Assembly (NCBI GenBank): GCA_963828495.1
Contig: CAWHFJ010000022.1
Coordinates: 22,964-86,963 of the forward strand
Direction: 5' to 3'
Origin: Candidatus Omnitrophota bacterium
Lineage (GTDB): Bacteria > Omnitrophota > Gorgyraeia > Zapsychrales > Fredricksoniimonadaceae
DNA length: 64,000 bases
The translations under genes were made by a program, and so were the position numbers. The notes below the pieces were generated by a model. That model worked only from the letters and a program-made list of their open reading frames with translations, was not told the DNA's origin and ran no database searches. Below, one piece after another: positions 57,944 through 64,000 of this stretch (positions within the stretch are counted from its first letter, which is position 1; every line of letters starts with the position of its first letter).

Positions 57944-58296
57944 TCTTCCGGTTTATTGTCTGAGCGGCGTCTGCTTAAATTGAATTCTATGTTTTTAAGC
58001 ACGCTGCGGAATCGGGCGTTGCTATTAATAATATTGAGAACCCCTAAGGCTATTAATAATAGCAGCATAACAATCAGTGAAGTATTGGTTGATTGGATCA
58101 ATAATAACCGCTCAAGGGTATTATTTTTATGAATATCAAAACTGGTGTTAAGGATTTTTAAGACGTTAATAAAAGCCAGTAGGAAGATAATAGCTAAGAT
58201 AATTTCAAATAAAATGATATAAAAATGGCGGGACATCCATTGCGCGGCACGATTGTCCCATTGCTTGACTTTATTCATGAAATCATTGTAAGCCAT
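57940..58296 (-). CDS. small membrane protein, hypothetical
   Basis: 118 aa with 2 TM segments. Convergent with ftsA, with a 4-nt overlap. Confidence 0.4.
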   Translation of the reverse strand: MAYNDFMNKVKQWDNRAAQWMSRHFYIILFEIILAIIFLLAFINVLKILNTSFDIHKNNTLERLLLIQSTNTSLIVMLLLLIALGVLNIINSNARFRSVLKNIEFNLSRRRSDNKPED

Positions 58297-58357
58297 AGTC
58301 GTAACCTTTCGTCAATTCTATTGTATGAGTCCTTCATTTGAAAGCAACATATTTTTT

Positions 58358-58861
58358 ATGAACGTCAATCGGTTGTACCTATTGAGTTTAATAGTCTGTT
58401 GGGTCTTTCCCGGATGTATCACGGGGCCGGGTGCCATTGGCAATTTGGGCACGAGTAATGACCGCCGTGTAGTCATTGTGGGCGAGAAGGTTTCAGCGGA
58501 CATTGCTCTCTATTATCAGCGCCGGTATGATGCGATGGTATGGTTTACACCCACTAGAGGCATGATGGATGACTCGAGTGACGTTATCTTTAAAGGTTTT
58601 GGGCCTTCCCATGCGATGAGAACTTTGATCAATGAGCTTAAAAGCATCAATTACACAGTTCGCCGCTGGGAAATTATCGTCCCCAAGATCGGGGAAGGAT
58701 ATTTTTTAGCGACACTTAAAGATATGGACACGGCGTCTTTGGCGCACGCCCGCGGCAATATTGTGCTCATCGACTCCAAGGGCAATAAAGATATCGAATC
58801 CCAAGTCGCACGTGTGACCCAGGGAAGCTTCTTTGTGACCTACGAATTTCAAAAGTATTAA
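58358..58861 (+). CDS. lipoprotein, hypothetical
   Basis: The start MNVNRLYLLSLIVCWVFPG/C gives a lipobox. 167 aa. No family recognised. Confidence 0.45.
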   Translation: MNVNRLYLLSLIVCWVFPGCITGPGAIGNLGTSNDRRVVIVGEKVSADIALYYQRRYDAMVWFTPTRGMMDDSSDVIFKGFGPSHAMRTLINELKSINYTVRRWEIIVPKIGEGYFLATLKDMDTASLAHARGNIVLIDSKGNKDIESQVARVTQGSFFVTYEFQKY

Positions 58862-58872
58862 ATTCCCCCCAA

Positions 58873-59157
58873 TTATCCGCCGGAAGGTTTTGGATGCGCG
58901 GCTTTCCATGCTTGGGCACGGGTACGGGCCAATGTACGCATTTGATTAAGGTAAGCTTGCACATCCGGATTCGCTTTCAAGAAAGCCTTTTTGTCAGCAT
59001 TTAACTGCTGGTAGAAAGCCGTGAGTTTAGCTTTCTGTTGTTGCTGGAAAGCAACCCATGAAGCCGGTGCTTGTGGGACCGTTTGTGTCGTCTGCGCGAA
59101 AGAAATGGCAGGCCAGAGTATCCATACGGCCATTAACCCTGCAGTCATTCGTTTCAT
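58873..59157 (-). CDS. secreted helical protein, hypothetical
   Basis: 94 aa. Signal peptide MKRMTAGLMAVWILWPAISFA/Q. Gln/Ala/Lys-rich helical mature part. Confidence 0.5.
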   Translation of the reverse strand: MKRMTAGLMAVWILWPAISFAQTTQTVPQAPASWVAFQQQQKAKLTAFYQQLNADKKAFLKANPDVQAYLNQMRTLARTRAQAWKAAHPKPSGG

Positions 59158-59320
59158 AGTATTTCTCCCTTCTTCAAAAATTGCTTTCTCAAATAATTCT
59201 TGGATTTGTGCCGTTTCCTTAATTTAACATATTAGAAATTGGCCTTTTCTAATATTAGCATACTCTATTTTATCCGAATGTTTAGAAAAAAAATAATTTT
59301 AATAGTATACTAAACTCATT

Positions 59321-59393
59321 GCGCCTGTAGCTCAATGGATAGAGCATTAGTCTTCGGAACTAAGGGTTGCAGGTTCGAGTCCTGTCAGGCGCG
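59321..59393 (+). tRNA. tRNA-Arg (anticodon TCG)
   Basis: Acceptor GCGCCTG/CAGGCGC, D arm GCTC-AATGGATA-GAGC, anticodon stem TTAGT/ACTAA with loop CTTCGGA, T arm GCAGG-TTCGAGT-CCTGT, discriminator G. No CCA is encoded. Confidence 0.9.
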
Positions 59394-59523
59394 TTTTAAA
59401 TATTGCTGAGGGACTCGAAAGGAGCCCTGTTTATAAAGTCCGACCGAATAGGGAGGACTTTATAGGGCGGGTGGCCGACCTGGAGCGAGCTCCTGCCGCA
59501 GATGAGGCAGGGGCAAGCGGAAG

Positions 59524-59551
59524 GCGCCGAGTCCTGTCAGGCGCGTTTTTT
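59524..59551 (+). terminator. terminator built from a duplicated tRNA-Arg 3' end
   Basis: GCGCC (59524-28) / GGCGC (59540-44) stem with an 11-nt loop, then G and T6 (59546-51). Confidence 0.4.
59528..59549 (+). repeat. 22-nt direct repeat of the tRNA-Arg 3' end
   Basis: CGAGTCCTGTCAGGCGCGTTTT is identical at 59376-59397 and 59528-59549. Confidence 0.9.
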
Positions 59552-59575
59552 AAAATAAAAAGCGGAGATCAGAAT

Positions 59576-61261
59576 GTGAAGGACTTTCTTTTTCTTATTT
59601 TGCTGGGTAGTATTATTATTTTTTTCTTAGCTATCAATCTTGAATCCTTCCCGACCGACTATGCGACGGTTTTAGCCATATTCTTTTTGATTTTAGGTGT
59701 TCTTTTTTTGACTCGGGTTTTTCGCTTATCCCGCCTATCACTAATGCCGTTTTTGATACTTCTTCTGTTAATTCCTTATAAGTTTTTTTATGCTCAGATG
59801 CAAGGCCTGCAATCGTTGGGTGTCTTGGGTGTCCTCTTTGTCGGTGTGATCATCTTGAATACACTATTAACAAGGGATATCCCTAGAGCGGTTTCATCAT
59901 GGTTGAGCGTTTGGGTTGTCGTAGTGATTTATGCTGTTTATTTTAGCGTCCTTACTGTTTTACGCCATCTGAACTATCAAGACGCCAGCTCATTTGATGT
60001 GGCCATATCCAGCCAAATTCAATGGAATAATATTCACGGACATTTTTTCCACAGCTCCTGTAGCGGTTCCAACTTTGTCACTCACAATTCACCTTTTCTT
60101 ATTCTTTTGTCTGGTTTTTATTTCATTTATCCTCATCCGGAGACTTTACTCATTCTCAAAACACTGTTCCTGGCTTTTTCGGCTATACCTTTTTATTTGA
60201 TTTTACAACGTTACGTCAATGACAGGTCCATTCTCCCTTTGACACTCGGCTATTTATTCTTCCCATTTATCGTGGGTCAGAATTTTAATGCGCCCCATGA
60301 AGTTTGCTTTTTACCGCCGCTTCTTTTATTTTCGTTGTATTTCTATCTTAACAATCGTTTTAAAAGTTTTTTGATTTTTTTATTGCTTTCTTTATCCGTC
60401 AAAGAACATATCGCCCTCGTAGCTATTATGTATGGTTTGTATGCGCTTTATCTGAAAAAGGAAAAACGTTGGGTTATCGTGCCGCTTCTCTTGGGGGTGG
60501 CTTGGGGCATTTTTTCCATGGGAATTATCTATCATTTCCAGAAAATCTATCATGTTGACCCTTATCCGGCATGGCTGATTGATAATATTAAAAGGCGTTT
60601 TCTGCGCCCGGATTATCCCGTTTGGTCGAATGTGATATGGGGCCTGCAAACATCGAATTTGGGGCATTGGTGCAATTTCCGTTCTGTGTATTTGCTTTTA
60701 TCTCCCCTGGGGATTATTTACCCTTTTTTTTCTTCCGTCTGGATCCTTGGCCTGCCGGAACTGATGATCAATTTTTTGGCCAATCTCCCGTTATCTTATC
60801 CCACATGGCATTACGATATCGTTGCGGCCATTTTTTTACTGGTTGCTTGTGCCGGTGCCATCAAAAAATTCTCCTCTAATATATGCCTGTGTCAATGGGG
60901 CTTGCCTCCTGATAAAATCCAGGAAATTCTCTCTTGGTTTTTATGTATTTGTATTTTGAGTCATTTTTTCCTTTGGTGGGATTATACCTATATCAAAAGA
61001 GACCCTCGTTATGTGCAAACAATGAATACGGCGATCCGATTAATTCCTCAGGAAGCCTCCGTAAGCCTGACCAAACACCTGGTGGCGTATGTTTCAGATA
61101 AAAAAGATTATTTTCTTTGTGAAGATAAGCGTAAAGGTGATTATATTGTTCTCGATAAAAATGAAAACATGGGGGACTGTTTTACAGATATCAAACAAGC
61201 GGATCATTATGTCCCCATATTCCAAAAAGATGGCATAAGAGTTTACAAACACACCATTTAA
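59576..61261 (+). CDS. polytopic membrane protein, DUF2079-like
   Basis: GTG start 8 nt after GGAG. The ORF-track start at 59471 runs over the tRNA-repeat spacer. At least 12 TM segments. ...FDVAISSQIQWN...G.......NF..HNSPFLILLSGFY...P.PETLLILKTLFLAFSAIPFYL resembles DUF2079. Confidence 0.55.
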   Translation: MKDFLFLILLGSIIIFFLAINLESFPTDYATVLAIFFLILGVLFLTRVFRLSRLSLMPFLILLLLIPYKFFYAQMQGLQSLGVLGVLFVGVIILNTLLTRDIPRAVSSWLSVWVVVVIYAVYFSVLTVLRHLNYQDASSFDVAISSQIQWNNIHGHFFHSSCSGSNFVTHNSPFLILLSGFYFIYPHPETLLILKTLFLAFSAIPFYLILQRYVNDRSILPLTLGYLFFPFIVGQNFNAPHEVCFLPPLLLFSLYFYLNNRFKSFLIFLLLSLSVKEHIALVAIMYGLYALYLKKEKRWVIVPLLLGVAWGIFSMGIIYHFQKIYHVDPYPAWLIDNIKRRFLRPDYPVWSNVIWGLQTSNLGHWCNFRSVYLLLSPLGIIYPFFSSVWILGLPELMINFLANLPLSYPTWHYDIVAAIFLLVACAGAIKKFSSNICLCQWGLPPDKIQEILSWFLCICILSHFFLWWDYTYIKRDPRYVQTMNTAIRLIPQEASVSLTKHLVAYVSDKKDYFLCEDKRKGDYIVLDKNENMGDCFTDIKQADHYVPIFQKDGIRVYKHTI

Positions 61262-61307
61262 TCATTTTTATCTTTACTTTAAAATAATTTTTGATTATAG
61301 TTTGGCG

Positions 61308-62399
61308 ATGGCTGTAGAAACCTCTCTTCATCGTACTCCTTTAGCGGATGAACATATGGCTTTGGGTGCCAAAATGGTCGGTTTTGGCGGATGGTTTATG
61401 CCTTTGCAATATGAAAGCATCCTTGCCGAGTGGGAGTATAATCGTAAAATAGTCTCTATTTTTGATTGTTCCCATATGGGGGAATTTCTCATCAAAGGGG
61501 ACGCGGTCAAATGCGGTTTGGACAGCATTTTAATCCAACCTATCGCGGACATGCCGCTGAAAACCTGCCGTTATGGGGCCATGCTTAATGATTCCGGCGG
61601 TGTCGTTGATGACCTGATTGTCTATCGCAAGGCCGCGCAGGAATGGATGATTGTAGTCAATGCCGCTAATATAGAGAAGGATGCCCGGCATTTTCGTGCC
61701 TCTTTGAATGCCCGTGCCCATTTTGAAGATGTTTCTTTTAAAACGGCCAAGTTAGACCTGCAGGGGCCGCAATCCCGCGATGTATTAAGGCCTTGGGTGG
61801 GGGGTATAGAAAAATTAACTTATTATACTTTTGATCAATTTCAACTATCAGGCATCCCTTGTTTGATCAGCCGCACCGGATATACCGGTGAGTTAGGCTA
61901 TGAAATTTACTGCCCTTGGGAAAAGTGTAAAGAAATCTGGAAAACGATTTTGAATAATGCTACAGTAAAACCTACCGGTTTAGGCGTGCGTGATGTTTTG
62001 CGTATAGAGATGTGTTACAGCCTTTACGGCCACGAATTAGAAGAAAATATTTCTCCGCTGGAAGCTGGTTTAGACAAATTTATTGACGGGCAAAAAGATT
62101 TTATAGGGCGTCAAGCTTTGTTATCCCGGAGGCCCGAGAGAAGAATCGGTTTTTTTGTCAGTACCTCGCGCAAAAGTCCGAGGGCAGGGCATAAAATTTT
62201 TGACGGTGAGGATCAAGAAATAGGGATTGTCACCAGCGGTAGTTTTTCACCGGCATTACAACTCGGTATCGGTATCGGGTTTATGAGCACACCCCTTAAG
62301 GCTGTGGGGTCCAAGATTTTCTTTGGTGATGACACCAATAAAGCGGCGGCAACGGTTGCCCAAAGGCCTTTTTATAAAAACGGATCTTTAAAAGCGTAA
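61308..62399 (+). CDS. gcvT: glycine cleavage system aminomethyltransferase T
   Basis: ...RTPL...H..LGAKMV.FGGW.MP.QY.SI..E....R....IFD.SHMGE... and ISRTGYTGE.GYEI. Either ATG 61308 or TTG 61302 could be the start. Confidence 0.9.
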   Translation: MAVETSLHRTPLADEHMALGAKMVGFGGWFMPLQYESILAEWEYNRKIVSIFDCSHMGEFLIKGDAVKCGLDSILIQPIADMPLKTCRYGAMLNDSGGVVDDLIVYRKAAQEWMIVVNAANIEKDARHFRASLNARAHFEDVSFKTAKLDLQGPQSRDVLRPWVGGIEKLTYYTFDQFQLSGIPCLISRTGYTGELGYEIYCPWEKCKEIWKTILNNATVKPTGLGVRDVLRIEMCYSLYGHELEENISPLEAGLDKFIDGQKDFIGRQALLSRRPERRIGFFVSTSRKSPRAGHKIFDGEDQEIGIVTSGSFSPALQLGIGIGFMSTPLKAVGSKIFFGDDTNKAAATVAQRPFYKNGSLKA

Positions 62400-62501
62400 T
62401 CAATAATTTTTTAACCGCGCCGATTTTTTAGTATAGAAATTAAGGTATCGGCACTTCTCTAGAAATTATTTTAAAAATAATGTTTATTGAAGGAGCAGAG
62501 T

Positions 62502-62891
62502 ATGGAAATCGAAGACAATTATCTTTACACTAAAGAACATGAGTGGGTTTCCATTGAGGATAATATAGCGACTATGGGGATATCTGATTATGCTCAGGAA
62601 GCTTTGGGTGATGTGACCTATGTGGAGCTGCCGCAGGAAGAAGAGGAAGTAGAACAGTTTGAGCAGTTCGTATCCGTCGAGTCAGTCAAAGCGGCCAGCG
62701 ACATTTATGCGCCTATGGGCGGGAAGGTCACGGAAGTCAATCGCAAACTGGAGGACACCCCTGCGCTGATCAACAAGGATTGTTACGGTAAAGGCTGGAT
62801 TGCCAAAATCGAAGTCCGCGACATGGACGAAAGTACTAATCTGATGAGCGCGGAAGAATATCGCAGTTATTTAGAGTCCCTGGAGACTTGA
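62502..62891 (+). CDS. gcvH: glycine cleavage system protein H
   Basis: 129 aa. ATG lies 6 nt after AAGGAG. YTKEHEWV......A.MGISDYAQE.LGDV.YVELP and the lipoyl-Lys motif SVESVKAASD. Confidence 0.9.
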   Translation: MEIEDNYLYTKEHEWVSIEDNIATMGISDYAQEALGDVTYVELPQEEEEVEQFEQFVSVESVKAASDIYAPMGGKVTEVNRKLEDTPALINKDCYGKGWIAKIEVRDMDESTNLMSAEEYRSYLESLET

Positions 62892-62904
62892 TTAGGATTT
62901 TTCA

Positions 62905-64000
62905 TTGAACCCTTATATCACCAACACCCCTTACGAAGTCGGGCAAATGCTTGAAAGTATCGGCGTCGAAAATATCGACGCCCTTTTTGCGGACATCAAA
63001 TTTCAGCATAGGCCTCAATCATTTGATTTACCCGTCGGCCTCTCGGAATATGAAGTCTTCCGCCGTGTGACTGCAATTGGCTTTAAAAAATAATGTACAT
63101 GTCGTGCCTTTTATCGGCGGGGGTTATTACGACCATTATATCCCGACGGTCGTGGGGGCCTTAACTTCCAGGGGAGAATTCTATACGGCCTACACGCCTT
63201 ATCAGCCCGAATGTTCTCAGGGGACCTTGCAGGCTCTTTTCGAATATCAAAGTGCGATGTGTGCGTTGACCGGCATGGAAGTGTCCAATGCCTCGTTGTA
63301 TGACGGGGGGACAGCTCTTTATGAAGCGATGATGATGGCCATCCGTATGACCGGACGCCGTAAAGTGATTATGGACGGCGGGGTGAGTCCCATTTATCGC
63401 AAGATTTTAAAAACATATACGCATCATCTGTCGTATCAATTTGAAGAAACGCCGGTAGTGCACGGACAAAGTAGCCGTGAAGAAATAGACCGGCTTTTAG
63501 ACCGCAACACCGCTGTTATTATTTTGCAAAATCCTAATTTTTTCGGGGCCGTCGATGATTTTACCGATATCATCAAGAAAGCGCACAGCGTAGGCGCATT
63601 AGCGATTGTAAGTGTCTATCCCATTTCTCTGGGATTATTGAAGACGCCCGCCCAAATGGGTGCTGATATAGTGACCGGAGAAGGGCAGTCCTTGGGATTA
63701 CCGCTTAATTTCGGCGGTCCTTATTTGGGATTACTGTGCACGCACAAGAAATATGTGCGTAAAATGCCCGGACGCATCGTCGGCCAGACGCTGGATGCTA
63801 AGGGGAGACGTTGTTTTGTGAATACGTTACAGGCGCGCGAACAGCACATCCGACGGGATAAGGCCACATCCAATATTTGTACCAATGTGTCCTTGTGCGC
63901 CCTGCAGGCGGCGATTTTTATGGCGGTGGTCGGTAAAAATGGTCTCAAAGAAATGGCGCAATTGAATTTAGATAAAGCCGAATTTGCCAAACAGCTATTG
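62905..64000 (+). pseudogene. gcvPA: glycine dehydrogenase (aminomethyl-transferring) subunit 1, frame-disrupted near 63090; 3' end outside the window
   Basis: The N-terminal 62 aa (62905-63093) are followed, in another frame, by ...[41 protein letters not shown]......TGM.V.NAS.YDG.TA..EA..., running to the end of the window. Confidence 0.85.

Noticed and set aside
59471-59575. N-terminal extension of the DUF2079-like ORF (MADLERAPAADEAGASGRRR...).
   Set aside because: It is encoded by the GC-rich tRNA-Arg spacer, duplicate and terminator. The GTG at 59576, with a GGAG RBS, starts directly at the first TM segment.
61262-61307. Possible glycine riboswitch ahead of gcvT.
   Set aside because: The spacer is about 45 nt and AT-rich, with no room for even a single glycine aptamer.

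Overview
This is a chromosomal window from a Gram-negative-type bacterium. My guess is a candidate-phylum MAG, Omnitrophota/PVC-like, based only on remembered sequence motifs and not verified. Most of the window is housekeeping. It holds rpsO-pnp, ftsK, a rodZ-like gene, rimO-pgsA-pgpA, and a riboflavin cluster (ribBA-ribH-nusB-PHP-ribD-ribE). It also holds fabZ, acyP-ligA, xerD, rbfA-nrnA-truB-ribF, gcvT-gcvH-gcvPA and two tRNAs (Pro-CGG, Arg-TCG). A full dcw cluster runs from mraZ to ftsA, and ftsZ does not follow ftsA.

Stand-out observations:
1. A 9.1-kb ORF (22777-31875) starts with a signal-peptide-like N-terminus and a conserved N-domain. It then carries 13 tandem 81-aa repeats of exact period, a GHKL-ATPase-like module, a Rossmann/MTase-like module, a CBM-like domain, a complete GT5 glycogen/starch synthase and a conserved C-terminal tail.
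2. A ParA-type ATPase is fused to an AMPK-beta/CBM48-like glycogen-binding domain (2688-3791).
3. A 470-nt nested inverted-repeat element (three-helix architecture, perfect 25-nt outer arms) lies between ribF and the dcw promoter.
4. Both tRNA genes are followed about 130-150 nt downstream by a 21-22-nt copy of their own 3' end, which forms a terminator.
5. A near-consensus promoter followed by three 10-nt-phased GTGGAG repeats (MraZ-operator-like) sits directly upstream of mraZ.
6. Several families of short hairpin repeats occupy intergenic spacers.

Major caveat: 17 conserved, mostly essential genes are readable only across two or more frames, and the breaks are clustered. Clustered assembly indels are the most likely cause, rather than real gene decay. 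All domain calls rest on motif recognition by eye; no searches were run.
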